64,000 bases of DNA from Podarcis bocagei (Eukaryota): NCBI GenBank assembly GCA_964188305.1, contig OZ076895.1; one strand, given 5' to 3'. Below the pieces are notes generated by a model, which was given only the letters and a program-made list of their open reading frames with translations, made no database searches and was not told the origin of the DNA. Each line of letters starts with the position of its first letter. Positions within the stretch are counted from its first letter, which is position 1. The position numbers and the translations under genes were made by a program. Positions 39,296 to 51,979 of the stretch are shown here, piece after piece.

Positions 39296-39641
39296 GGCGC
39301 GGGGTGGCGCTGTGGGTAAAAGCCTCAGCGCCTAGGGCTTGCCGATCGAAAGGTCGGCGGTTCGAATCCCCGCGGCGGGGTGCGCTCCCGCTGCTCGGTC
39401 CCAGCGCCTGCCAACCTAGCAGTTCGAAAGCACCCCTGGGTGCAAGTAGATAAATAGGTACCGCTTACCAGCGGGAAGGTAAACGGCGTTCCGTGTGCTG
39501 CGCTGGCTCGCCAGATGCAGCTTTGTCACGCTGGCCACGTGACCCGGAAGTGTCTCCGGACAGCGCTGGCCCACGGCCTATAGAGTGAGATGGGCGCACA
39601 AACCCCAGAGTCTGTCAAGACTGGCCCGTAACGGGCAGGGG
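39295..39641 (+). mobile_element. Young CpG-rich Sauria SINE, different subfamily; tail lost in the gap
   Basis: Head GGGGTGGCGCTGTGG, B-box GGTTCGAATCC. Shares the core CTGCCAACCTAGCAGTTCGAAAGCAC...AAGTAGATAAATAGGTAC with the other copies. Confidence 0.9.
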
Positions 39642-40033
39642 NNNNNNNNNNNNNNNNNNNNNNNNNNNNNNNNNNNNNNNNNNNNNNNNNNNNNNNNNNN
39701 NNNNNNNNNNNNNNNNNNNNNNNNNNNNNNNNNNNNNNNNNNNNNNNNNNNNNNNNNNNNNNNNNNNNNNNNNNNNNNNNNNNNNNNNNNNNNNNNNNNN
39801 NNNNNNNNNNNNNNNNNNNNNNNNNNNNNNNNNNNNNNNNNNNNNNNNNNNNNNNNNNNNNNNNNNNNNNNNNNNNNNNNNNNNNNNNNNNNNNNNNNNN
39901 NNNNNNNNNNNNNNNNNNNNNNNNNNNNNNNNNNNNNNNNNNNNNNNNNNNNNNNNNNNNNNNNNNNNNNNNNNNNNNNNNNNNNNNNNNNNNNNNNNNN
40001 NNNNNNNNNNNNNNNNNNNNNNNNNNNNNNNNN
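39642..40033. other. Assembly gap (392 N)
   Basis: Run of N. Confidence 1.
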
Positions 40034-41980
40034 TTGTGTGTTCCTGGTGCTTTAACTGGCAGCACTTTTGCTTGGTGCCTGGAGACTCTCTTCGTTTTCC
40101 TCTTCCCTCTTGCCTTTCTGCTTTCCTGGCTCTCATGCTCTCTGTTCCTGCTTTGACAATGCAAATTTAAAAAAATAAATAATAAAATTAATAAATAACA
40201 ATAATAATAATAATGGAAATAAATCAATAGCGCAGCAGTGCCTGCACTTTGGAACTCCCTGCCTCTTGAGACCAAGGAGGCGCCTTCACTTGCGCTCTTT
40301 CCAGCATGGGCTCAAAACACCCCCGTTTTGACAAACCTGCCCAGAATAGATAGATACTGGATTTGCCTTGATTTCATTTTGTGTTTTCCTGATGCTTTAA
40401 TTGGCAGCACTTTTGCTTGGTGCCTGGAGACTGTGAGCACAGCTCCATCTGGTGGCTCCTATGACTTTAGGAACACCAGATCAGCCTGGCCATCCTCTCT
40501 CATCCAGGCCAAATCAGAGGGGGGTGGATTAAATGAATTAGCATCAGCATATTTATTTAAATTCTGTTTTAATTAATCACAGATTGAGTGGTAAATGAGC
40601 CGCTAAGTGGAAAGTGGGCAGAGTGGGGAGGGGTGCTGAAGTGAGTGATGGCTCACAGATAATGAACCTCATAAACGAAAAGGGCAGTTATGCTTCTAAT
40701 CGTACACTTCCTATGGCCAAACTGCACATGATATCACACGTACGTCTTTGTATCTAACATGCAGGATCTGTCCTTTTGTTTAAAGTAGGAGGGGAGTAAT
40801 AATTCATGGGACCACAGTGTGCATGGAGAGTGGGATTTAACCCCTTTCTCCCCTGCTAGGATCCTGTGGAAACTCCCACTTCCAAAACTGGTATTCACAG
40901 TGGGGTGGGAGGAGGAAATCCCACACTGATACTAAGAAGGAATTTCTTCCCAACGGCAATCTACACTGAAGGATGTTCCTCAGGGCTGCAACAGAAGAGG
41001 AAAGGGTTAAACTCCCACTCTGCCCCTGATCTGATCCCATTATTTCTCTGATCCCCTTCTGTGGTGGTCCAAATTATATTTTAAAACAAACAAAGAAGCA
41101 AATACACATATAATGTCATGGGTAGTGTGGCCCTGAGAGAGACGCTTCCTTCTGAAGGGGCCACTCCCTGCTCCCCACTTCTGCCAGCTAGCACCCCAAT
41201 TTGCCATCTGCTGTGCAAGAGGTTTGTTTCCCATGTTTTTTCTTCCAAAGCATATGAGCGTAACAAGGGAAAGAGAAGAGGAGGAGAGAGTGTTTTTATT
41301 ATTATTATTATTATTATTATTAGCGAATACGCAGGAAGAGCAGATGACACTTGACAGAGCTACATGTTTGCAGCTTAGTGGTCCTAATAACAAAAAGTCT
41401 TTTTAAAAAAATAGTCCAAGGTCTAACTAGACATTATGGGGGATGCCTTGTTGCTGCCGCCTGGTTTCTCCCACACATCGCTTGGCAAGCCACTTCGAGC
41501 ACAGCCTTCGTAGCCATTGTTTGTGTTTTAGATTTCAAGGCTTCGAGCAGTAATATATTTGTGGCATAACCAGGAGATGTAAGGCATATTTAGCCAGCAC
41601 AGCTAAAGCTGAGAACAGTTTTATATGAGATTTCACACTGTGTTTGTACTACAATGTTGTATGCCACATAAGATAATGTAGCCATTATTGTACGTTTTAT
41701 CGGCTACCAGTTATATATTCATTTTGGGAATATTTTTTAAAACTCTCGCATACAATGCAATGAGCCCTGCTTCCTGTCTCTCCCACTGAAGCATTGTGGG
41801 AGAATAGATGACTGCTGAGGGGAAAGAAAACCTGAAGAATCTGGCCTGTCGCAGCAGAGCCAATGGAGTGAGCTTTGCTTCCCAGCTCTCCCAGCGAAGC
41901 AGTCAGAAGCCAGCATTTTTTATAGTGCTCCTTTATGGTGGTTAACTCAAAAAAAGAGAACCCCTTCTTTTCTTAAATAG

Positions 41981-42317
41981 CATACCCTCCAACATTTTTC
42001 CAATGAAAATAGGGGCATCCCATTCCATAATGATAATTTTACTATTTATACCTCACACATCTTACTGGATTGCCTCAGCCACTCTGGGCAGCTTCCAACA
42101 TATGTAATAACATAGTAAAACTTTAAACATTTCTTAAACACAAAAACTTCCCTATACAGGATTGCCTTCAGACAGCTTGGGGGGTCAGATAACTCCATAC
42201 CCTCCAACATTTCTCCAATGAAAATAGGGACATGCTAAGGAAAAGTGGGGCATTCTGGAATCAAATCAGAAACCAGGATGACTTCTCTAAATCAGGGACG
42301 TCCCTAGAAAGGGTCTG
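41981..42317. mobile_element. Composite repeat: L2 3'-end fragment between 38-bp direct repeats, within probable DNA-transposon sequence
   Basis: CATACCCTCCAACATTTYTCCAATGAAAATAGGRCAT at 41981-42018 and 42196-42233. The interior 42040-42172 resembles the L2 end at 950-1070. Confidence 0.55.
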
Positions 42318-44878
42318 ATATCTGTGTGGCCAGCTTGCCTCCCTCCCACCTCACCTCCAGTTCAGGCCAGCCACAGCTCTGGAAAAGTTGAGTTTCTGCA
42401 ATTGGAGACTCTTGCAGTGTGCAGAGGATTGTCAATTCCAGCATGTTGCACTCATGGCATGACAAAGCGCCGCCGCCGCATCCCTTTCATATGGGTAGCT
42501 GGAGAAGGCTTTGTCAGTAATAGTCTGTGCAAAAATGCACAAGGCATCCTTGGGAGAAGCACAGCTGGAGACATAAACAAAGCCTTGTTGCTTTTAGCCC
42601 CGTTTTGTTTTGCTATGTCAGGCTGCGGGAGAAATTATTGTTTTAGCTTAAGTAGCTCCAGAGCTGCGATGGGAGACTCATCCAACCGAGGTGGCTGCTG
42701 TGTACAGTGAGAACTAATTTCAATCACTACATCTCTTAAACAAACTGGGCAGAGAGAGGGGCACCCCTGCTTGGAATTTACTTAGCTGTCGAGAAAGGCA
42801 ATTACCAAAATTCTAAGCCGTGTGCGCAGTTGCGAAAAGGACTTGCATACAGCTGCTGTAAACCTAATCAAGTTGTCTTAAGCTGCAGTCCTATTCAGTG
42901 AGGATCCAGCTGATCTAGGTAGCCTGGAATGGAGGGGGGCATTCAAGCAAGACTCCTTCCATGTTTCAATACACTGTTCTCACTGTCTGGGAGCCATTAT
43001 TCCTAACATATCGCTGGGTGATTTGACATGGGCGGCCTGCATATTCTTTCTTAAGAACTGGGAAGAAATTTTATCAGAAGGCATGTTTTTCTGAGAACAT
43101 TTCTGATATTTTCCTTTTTTTCTTTCCTCCTCCTCCTCCTCCTCCTTCTTCTCTAACAACCTCCACCTAAAAAAAGAGCACTTTGAAAAAAATTCTCTAT
43201 TTTGAACCTTAAAAAAAAATCAACAATAAGCTAAAAGAAACTAGGGAGTTCCGAAGTGTGGGTACAAAATGTTGGACAGGCTGCCAACACAGATGCTGAC
43301 ATAACAACAAGAAGAAAAATGGTTTAGGTCCAAAGAAAGCAGCTAGTATACTGCCACTGCAAATGGAGAGCCGTACATCTGAAAGACTGGAGAATTTGGT
43401 GGAATAATCCCTCCCACCCTCCTTTAATTTTTCTTCCCACACTCAGGTTCAAAATGACCATTTGCACACAGCTCTATTATTTCTGGTCCCAACCTTGTCA
43501 CTGTTTTGGCACCAAGCAAAGGCATCTTTTGTTCTCCTAGGTATTTGGGCAGCACCAACAATATTTCTGATTTATCATTATTATTTTGTTAAACCTGTTC
43601 TTAACATGTTTTCATAATTTGATTATTGTATTTATTTATTTTTACTACGCTTCTAAGGCATTTGGGGACTTTTTTAGTAGGAATCAATGGATAAATGGAA
43701 TGAACCTAAACCTAAGTATTAGAGTTGATGACCCTGGTCTTATTCAATAAGAAGCAACTCTTACTGTTTCATATATAGCAACTGGGAAGCAGACAACAGG
43801 GTCTACTGCAGAGCCTTCATTCTCTTTCCTTTACAGTACACATCTCCAGAGGTATCTAGAATAGGGTCTCCATGTTTCCCTTAGGCATCTCTAAGATTTC
43901 CTGAGTAGCAATGATCCTTGGCTATCTGTGCCCTTTCCTGTTTCAGCATTCTGGTTGTCTCTGGGGAGCAAAGGCAAGAAAACCACTTAATAGGTCCCCT
44001 TGGGATAAACATGAGCAAAGCAATACAACAAGAACAGAATTCATGACTTGCCTCAAGCAGGAGGGCACATTAAAGCCATCCTCCCTCTGGAGTGGATTAA
44101 GCGGGCAATCCAACTGGAACCATTAGAAAGAAACCACTCCAAGCAATGAGTGTCCAGAAATCTTGCATTATTCACCATGTTCAAAAACAAATAAATGTAG
44201 CATGTTCCTCACAATAGGGAGGCATATGAGGAAGAAGCCTGCACGTGAAAGGAGTTTCTTCTGCCCTCTCTGTGGGTCTTTCTTTGCAACATGCTGCTTT
44301 TATTTGATTCAGGCTTTGAGAAATGAAATTCCTGCACCTGTTTTGCTGGACGTCAATGTATTGCTTTCTTTCACTGGCAGCTTGCCAGGCTGACATAACA
44401 CTGAACTGCGCAGACTGAAATGATGGCGCATTGTCTGCATTTGGAAGTGAAATACACAGAAAGACACACAGAGAGACATTCATGAGCAGGACAAATTGCT
44501 AAAGTTCATTCTTATTTGTCCTGGGAGTTTTATGCACATGAACAGGGCCAGCCTTGGGGTGAGCTGGGCATTCGCCCAGGACGCTAAGCTGAGCTGAAAG
44601 GGATGCCAGTCTAAGTTCAGTGGTTGTGTTTGTTTCAATATACTGTCTGCAGTGTGCTTGGGACAGCAAAAAGTGTCTGCAACTTTTCCCACCAATCTTC
44701 CACAGGTTCCCTTGGGCACTGACTACAAAAAGGCTATTCCTCCGTTAGCTAGGAGTGGTGTGAGTCCAGGTCTTAAGGAAGGAATCCTGAGTGAGTGAGA
44801 TGTTGAGAAGTCCAGCAGCAAGCCATAAACCAGAAGACCTGTGAGATTGATCCCCAGGAAGGGGGGAATTTGGAGGAG

Positions 44879-45382
44879 TGTCAGGCTTCAGAGAATCTGA
44901 TCCCTCCCATGGTAGGCAACCAAGTATTAGATAAACAAGGAGAATTCTTACCAAGTCTTTTATTCAATGCATTCACAGAGAGAGGCTTGGAAAAGGTGCC
45001 TCTTGTAGTAATGGCATTGCTCCGAGTGAAACCCCACACCCTCCGTCTCTCCCATTATACGTCATTCCTACAGTGGCTGATCTGTGCCTTCTACCTCTGA
45101 GCTCTCTGCTCTCCTACTTTCAATGCCCACTGGGTTCTAAGAGAGGGGGGTCTGGCATGTTTCTAAAGACACTGAGTCTGTCAGCTCTCTCCCCCCCCTG
45201 GTGCTTCTTCTTCTTCCTGCTCCTCTCCCATTATTTCCCAGCTTCTCTCCTCCTCTACCTCTGAGCTACGCCCTCCCACAAACCACTGTTGCAAATCTCT
45301 ACTGTCTTCCTCTTCTCTGGAAAGTTCAGGAGGAGGGAGAGGTGATCTCCACCTTTCCTCCTCCGCTGTCCAGTCCCTGACA
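44879..45382 (-). mobile_element. Solo LTR (504 bp)
   Basis: 7-bp terminal inverted repeat TGTCAGG...CCTGACA. Flanks AGGAG/AAGAG fit a 5-bp TSD with one mismatch. AATAAA on - at ~44959. Confidence 0.7.
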
Positions 45383-46477
45383 AAGAGGTACTCAGGAAAA
45401 GCCCAAGCTGATCTCTATTCCCTTATCCCTCTGTAAGAAAAATGAAGCACACCCGTCATTCTGCTTGATCCCAGGACAAAGTGGAGCTGCATGTGAGAAT
45501 CTTCACATGTAGTCTATGCATGTAATAATTCTTGCATAGTGCCCCTAGCTTTATACACACATGCATGGGAAAGCAGCATCACACCTGCGCCAGGAACCAC
45601 AAAACTGTCCAGGTGGCCCTGCAAAGCTGGCCATGGGGTCAGGGATGCCAAAAAGAAGACCTTTGGAAACAGAATGTACATGAAATGACAAGGATTGAGA
45701 AAGAGCCCCAATTTAATTTAATTATCCTTCTGCTGAACAATGAGCGTGGAAAGGGAAATTCTCACCATCCCAGCGTAAATTAGTTTCTTACCGATCAACA
45801 ACTGCAGTGGTTGGAAGCCATCACCAAAAGTGTATAATCAATTATCTAGATTCAAACCATTTAACATTTTCCTCTCTCTCCCTACCACACAATAATTATT
45901 ATTGTTATTATTTTATCATGAAGTAATAGCTTTTTGAGGCCATTTCACCTTGATGGATTACAAGACTGCCTTAAATGTCAATTGATAATAATTATGCCAT
46001 AAAAAGCACAATAAATGTTATTGGTTTAAACCCACAGTGCCATTCTATTAATATTTCTAATTTACAGGCTCGTTGGGACATTTTACAGAGACAATGGGGG
46101 TAATAAATCCCAAGGGAAAGCTGAATGAGCTGTCGAGTAGATTGTCGGCAGCCATTAAACTTGAGAAAGTTTTTTTTAAAAAACCTGGCCCAGGTACAGC
46201 CTAAAGTCCAGCAGGACACAAAACTATCATTGTGAAAATATGATGTGTCTCAGGGTCAAACTACACATGACGTGGAAGTTGGAGAACTGGAACTCATAAC
46301 ATCTTATTGAACATAAAGCAGACAGGCAAGGTGACTTTATTTTATTTTTAACCAAAAGGACATTGGGAGATTCTATCACGTGCGGCAGATGGGCCATAGA
46401 GCTTCCCCCAGAGACTTGGGAGGGCCACCCCAGTAGATCCACATCTTGTGGAGGACCCATAATCCAAGGCTCGACCT

Positions 46478-46960
46478 TGTCATGTGTCAGCCACCACCTG
46501 AAGGCTGAAAAGGGAGATACATCCAGTGCCTAAGCCAAAACCGACCTACATCTGGAAGCAATTGTCTTGCCAAAGGTGGGTCTTCTGTCTGGAATTCAGA
46601 AGCAATACAAAACACAGGTGAGTGAGAAGAAGAAGCTTTTATTCCTAAACAGCAAGCAATATATACATACCAGGTATGAACTTCTATCTGCCACTTGGAA
46701 ACCCTCAAGAAGTGGCGGACTCCCCCAGGTAGCTTTAATTAGCATGGCCCTGCGGCCAATCAGTTCATACATGAGCTTCTAAATCACTCTGCTCAAACCA
46801 TTTGATTTTATAGATAGCCACCTCCTTTCAATGCCCCACCCTCCAACAACTATTTCCAACACTAAAGAAGGTTCCCAGCACTAACCTCCCAGACTGATTA
46901 AGACAACTGGGGGGGGCTTCACCTCCTCCCAACTGATTAGGACATCAGAGAAGGTTCTCA
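46478..46960 (-). mobile_element. Possible solo LTR; boundaries uncertain
   Basis: On -, CTATAAAA (~46810) precedes AATAAA (~46640). TG...CA ends with flanks GACCT/CACCT. Confidence 0.35.
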
Positions 46961-48065
46961 CACCTTCAAAAACTTAATAGCTGCCAGGCAGGGGGAAGGA
47001 ACATAGGGAGGAAGGGTAACCATGTTAGAATCACTACCTCCTCAATATACAATTGGACTTCTGGTTCAGATTTTCCAATACAGCAATGTAGTTGTGGCCA
47101 GAACATTGTCTTGTCCAGTTTGTACACCTTCATAGACTAGCCATTGCTACCGGGAGGGGTCACTTCAAGAGGGTCTGCAATGAAATGCTTAAGAAAAGGG
47201 TCTCCACTCAGTTTGTTAAAACATACAGCAAGCATGCTTCACAATAAAGAACATGGGCATCTGTAGACTGACTGCCAGAGTTGGCAGACTTGTTTTCCTG
47301 AAGCCAGATTCCCAGCTGCTTTATCAAGCTATGAAGTATTCTTAAGCACAGTCTCATTTTCAGTGCCAGAGGAGAGGAGCACGTATATTGGGGAAATGTT
47401 TGCTGAGGAAGATGCTAATTCTTTGTCCTTAAATAATAATGGATTGTTCACATACTGGCTGACTAATATGCCTAGATCCCTCTTTATGTGCTTCCTTTAT
47501 GTTTCCGGAGGAAAGGTTGCACAAACATTTGCTGTTTTACAGGGTAACAAACAGAGTGGCTTTGTGCGTTACTCTGTAGAGGACAGCCCCGTACTAGGAA
47601 CCATTGTCAATGGTCAAGGATCATGACAGTTGGAGTCCAACATCTGAAGGGCTGCAGGTTTGTCACCCCTACAAAAAAATAAAATATTTATTTCCTTAGA
47701 TGTCTCCTTCCTTAGATGTTTCACATTTGTCTTTAGATGAACATTTCAGTGATAACCAAGGCCCTTGTTGCTTCCGGCTCTACTTGTTTCAGACAAATGG
47801 AGTCATGTGTTGATATTAAGACTGCAATGCTAGCTGTTTTCAGCTTTCTATAGTTAACACAGTAGAACATAGTTGCTCACCACTGTCAGCATATACTCAC
47901 CTTTAGCCATACTAACTTATTTTACTCTTCTTTAATATCTATCTGCACCTAAAAGGAAGGAAATGACAAATGGGCTATGTTTTAAGCAGTACTGCTGTGT
48001 TGAACTCTAAGGCTATTTATTTTCACTTCTCTAGGGACTTGCTGAATTGTCTGTATGTTTTCTGT

Positions 48066-48684
48066 TGTTAAAAAAATCTGCCCTTTTCCCCTTATGGGGT
48101 ATCCAAGAGCCCGTATAGAGGCCTTATGTGGGTTCCCTATTGCTAGGAGAAAATAAAAGAGGCCAACCAGAGAATATTGAAAAGCAAAGCAGCTAGTAAG
48201 CCTGATCTTTATTGATCTGTTGCAACAGGGTGCTCCCCTCACACGCAGGAAAGAAGGAGGACCCTGAACAAAGGTCTGCCTGCCCTTATATAGACATTTT
48301 AAATTCCCTGCCCTGGAGCTCAAGACCACCCCCCACAAAAATCATACCTACATCACAGAAATTTGAGTGGTGTTGTTTTTCCTGTCTGGCAGGTTTTCTG
48401 ATAATGCCTTATCTGATTGCCTTTCCTGGTAGTCTGCCCACTCCTTTGAAATGGTGATTACGATTACCCACTTCCTGAAACAACAGGAAAGTTCCCTCAC
48501 GCCCTCCCTCCTTGCAGAGAAAACATTTGGTCAGTTTGGGAGTCAAAATGGTTTCAGGGAGTCAAAATGGTTTCAGGAAGGTCTTCCTGTGCTGCTCCAG
48601 ACATTGGTACATTTATGAACGTTTTATATATATATATATATACCTTAAAATTACTATATATATGACCTTAAAATTCTTATAACA
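48066..48684 (-). mobile_element. Probable ERV-like solo LTR
   Basis: TGTTA...TAACA ends. On -, TATATAAG (~48290) then AATAAA (~48210), i.e. U3-R-U5 order. Internal 19-bp tandem duplication. No clean TSD. Confidence 0.5.
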
Positions 48685-48694
48685 ATATGTACCT

Positions 48695-49204
48695 GCTGTT
48701 GTTTAGTCATTTAGTCATTTAGTCGTGTCCAACTCTTCGTGACCTCATGGACCAGAGCACGCCAAGCACTCCTGTCTTCCATTGCCTCCCGCAGTTTGGT
48801 CGAACTCATGCTGGTAGCTTCGAGAACACTGTCCAACCATCTCGTCCTCTGTCGTCCCCTTCTCCTTGTGCCCTCAGTCTTTCCCAACATCAGGGTCTTT
48901 TCCAGAGAGTCTTCTCTTCTCATGAGGTGGCCAAAGTATTGGAGCCTCAGCTTCACGATCTGTCCTTCCATTGAGCACTCAGGGCTGATTTCCTTAAGAA
49001 TGCAAGGTTTGATCTTCTTGCAGTCCGTGGGACTCTCAAGAGTCTCCTCCGGCACTATAATTCAAAAGCATCAATTCTTCAGCGATCAGCCTTCTTTATG
49101 GTCCAGCTCTCACTTCCATACATCACTACTGGGAAAACCATAGCTTTAACTATATGGACCTTTGTTGGCAAGGTGATGTCTCTGCTTTTTAAGATGCTGT
49201 CTAG
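48695..49204 (-). mobile_element. 5'-truncated Bov-B (RTE) LINE
   Basis: Encodes LKEISPECSMEGQIVKLRLQYFGHLMRREDSLEKTLMLGK.EG.RRRGRQRTRWLD. Candidate TSD GTACCT at 48689-48694 and 49205-49210. Confidence 0.92.
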
Positions 49205-51760
49205 GTACCTAGATACCTAGATATGTAAAATTGTGATGGCTTCTTTTTTTCTTGTGAAGGAGGGAGGGTCTAGTTTTTTCCTCTTAATTTTTCCTCTTTA
49301 TCTTTTTGTTCTGCTTGCATTCTGATTTACAATTTTTAAAATGCCATTTTTTTAAAAAAAAGAGCATGAGATACCTTGTCTCCCAAGGGAATGAGATAAA
49401 GGCAGCAAGATAAACATCAAACAAGACACTGATAGAGCATCAACAACGGGGCTTAGGCTGCAAGAGTCCTTATTCTTGGCCTTTTCAACAGGTCATGGAT
49501 CATAAAAATGGAGAGGGCAAAAAGCTTCTGCAAAGGAAAGTTAGGCTAGATTATATGTTATTGGATGGCAGGGAGCAGGTATAGCTGTTCCCCATCCACC
49601 TACATGGCAGCCTCTTCTTAATGAGAATAGAGCTGCTGTGAAGGGAAGGGGAGAATTTGCAGTGCCTTAATTAAACAGAGAGATGATTGCTGGCAGGATT
49701 ACCAGCTTCTGTGAAGTAATCCTGTGAAGAAACCAAGCCAATAACCCCCCCCCCAAACACATTTACAAAGCCGTAGAATGTTTAATCAATCCTGGTTATA
49801 GAAAAATGTTTTTGCCAGGCGCATAAAGATATGTAATGAAGGTGCCAGGTGACCCTCACCTGTAGGTTAACCCAGTGTGAGGGACAATGGCTGCATGCAT
49901 TCAAAGGGGTCTGTAAAATACCTTGACAGCAGAGTTGTTCCTTATAAACAGAACCAGATTAACTGCAATACACAGTAAAACAGGACCTCAACAAAATGGG
50001 ACTTTTGCAAATTCTTGGGTCTGCCTGGCTTTATTAACACTATTTAAATCCTGCCTTTTGACCTAAATTGCCTCTTCTTGGATGATGATGGTGATTCATT
50101 GTGCTCCCAGGCTGCAATACTATAGACACTTACTCGTAAGTAGCCCTCATTGAATTCTGGGTAAACATGCATAAGATTATGCTATTATGTGAGGAGGCTT
50201 ATAAGATTAGTTAAAACATAAAATTCCAAATGAAGTTATCTGCAAAGAACTGATAAAGGATTGGTGCTACTTTAGTTATCAGTCTGAAAGATAGTCAATA
50301 GCCTATCTTGCTTTGTAGAGTAGAACTTTGATTAGTACATTCAGGCTGAAATCCTATGCCCACTTATTCAGGTCAGGACTAAGCCTCATTGGAATGAATG
50401 GGGTTTACTTATAAATAGACATGCACAGGACTGCATTGTCAGGCTAAAAACCTGTGCATTCTTCTCTATGAATAAAATCCACCCAAAGCATGGGATGGTG
50501 ATGTTAGATTAATTAAATATACACATTTTATTCTGCCTGACATGCTGGTGTTTCACCATAATTTCTGTCCCTGGGCAGCTAACTTTAGCAGCCCTTGGAA
50601 AAAGCCAGAAGTCTTTCATCTTGTCAGGTGAGTTTTATTGCCACCTTGGTTACACAGTAATTTCAGCCTAAGCTATACAAAGAATCATATGATGGGATAT
50701 CAGGTAATTGGACAAGTAAGAATGGTCTGTCAGTACAATTGTGGGATAAAGATAATGAAAGGAACCAAAGGGAAGAGCCGACCAAAAAGGGAGTTGACTT
50801 TCATGGGGGGGGGGGCGGAATCTTAGCGGAATGTACAAAATTTCATTTAAATGTGTTAAAAACAACAAGAGAAATCCAAAGGAGTGGAAGAGGAAGATGA
50901 GCCTCTGAAGTTCTTCCTCGTGGAGCTTACATGGAAAGGAATCTCTAACCTTTGGGATGTTTTTCAAGCAAGATCTGTCGAAGTATTAACAGCAGGGGAA
51001 ATGACTCTTCCATTTGCTCAGGCATTCTAGAAATCTTTGTATATATTTATTTTCCGTTATTGCCATTTTGGCAAAAGCTTTTTGCAAAGCAGCAGTTTTG
51101 GGACTTTTTGCCGAGTTGTAAAACTTGACGGAAGATAAAATTCCCAAATCATTTCAGAAAGGATAAATAGTATGAAGGTCCCAAGAAGCTTGTTTATTTA
51201 TGCTCAAGACTTTCAAAGACTTCCCAAATAACCTTGAAGAAAATTATATTTAGTCCAATTGCTTTTTCAAGTGCCATACCGCCTATTGGTTGAAAAAGAA
51301 TGTGCTGGTTCTTGTTCATTGGTCTCCTTGGAAAGAATAAAAAGGAAAGTAATCATTTCTAAATTCTTTCTTACATTAAGCTTCTCTTTAGTGGGTCTTT
51401 CTAACAAGATCTTGAATCTGTTAAGAAGAACACTCCTCTTGGGATTACAATGAGAGTGGATGTATGAAGAGGCTTAGAAATTTAAATGTGGGGGCGTTGT
51501 TTTGATAGGGGTGGGGCTGCACACACTGCTTCTATTTGGTTGTCATGCTGTTACTTCTGACTCAATTTTTTTTCTAAATATTGTAGCAGATTTCAGGGAT
51601 CCAAAAGAGAAAGTGGGCTTCATTCCTCCTCCCGTCTTTTGAATTAGTCTGAGTAGGTGTCAGCAAGGAGAGAGAAATCAACATTTATTTGCCTTTTCCT
51701 TGCATAAAATGAACAACAGCAAGAGTGTGGTATACACAGTATATTCTCCATATCATCATA

Positions 51761-51766
51761 TATAAA
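51761..51766 (+). promoter_or_regulatory. Possible TATA box just upstream of the ISX ATG
   Basis: TATAAA ~30 bp before ATG 51793. It would give a very short 5' UTR, so it may instead lie inside the UTR. Confidence 0.2.
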
Positions 51767-51792
51767 TTCGACTCTGCGTTTCCACCTTCATA

Positions 51793-51979
51793 ATGGAAAA
51801 AAAGATGAGTGACTCAAAGGAACGTGATAACGGGGAGAGGCCCATCCTACATTTTTCTATTGAAGAGATCTTAAAAAGAAAATCCAGGGAGGTCTGCTTA
51901 CGCACGACGACGATCTGCAATAACCACGCTGAGGGTGCTCAAATCCTCAGAACAGAGCCAATTTCAGAAACGGCTAAGG
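51793..51979 (+). CDS. ISX: ISX coding exon 1, N-terminus with eh1/octapeptide-like motif
   Basis: MEKKMSDSKERDNGERPILHFSIEEILKRK..., where FSIEEIL fits the Groucho-binding FSIxxIL motif. Consensus donor AAGG|GTAAGT at 51980 is phase 1 and matches the next exon. Confidence 0.85.

Noticed and set aside
39526-40275. Long ORFs spanning the second N gap
   Set aside because: Artefacts of Ns and SINE sequence.
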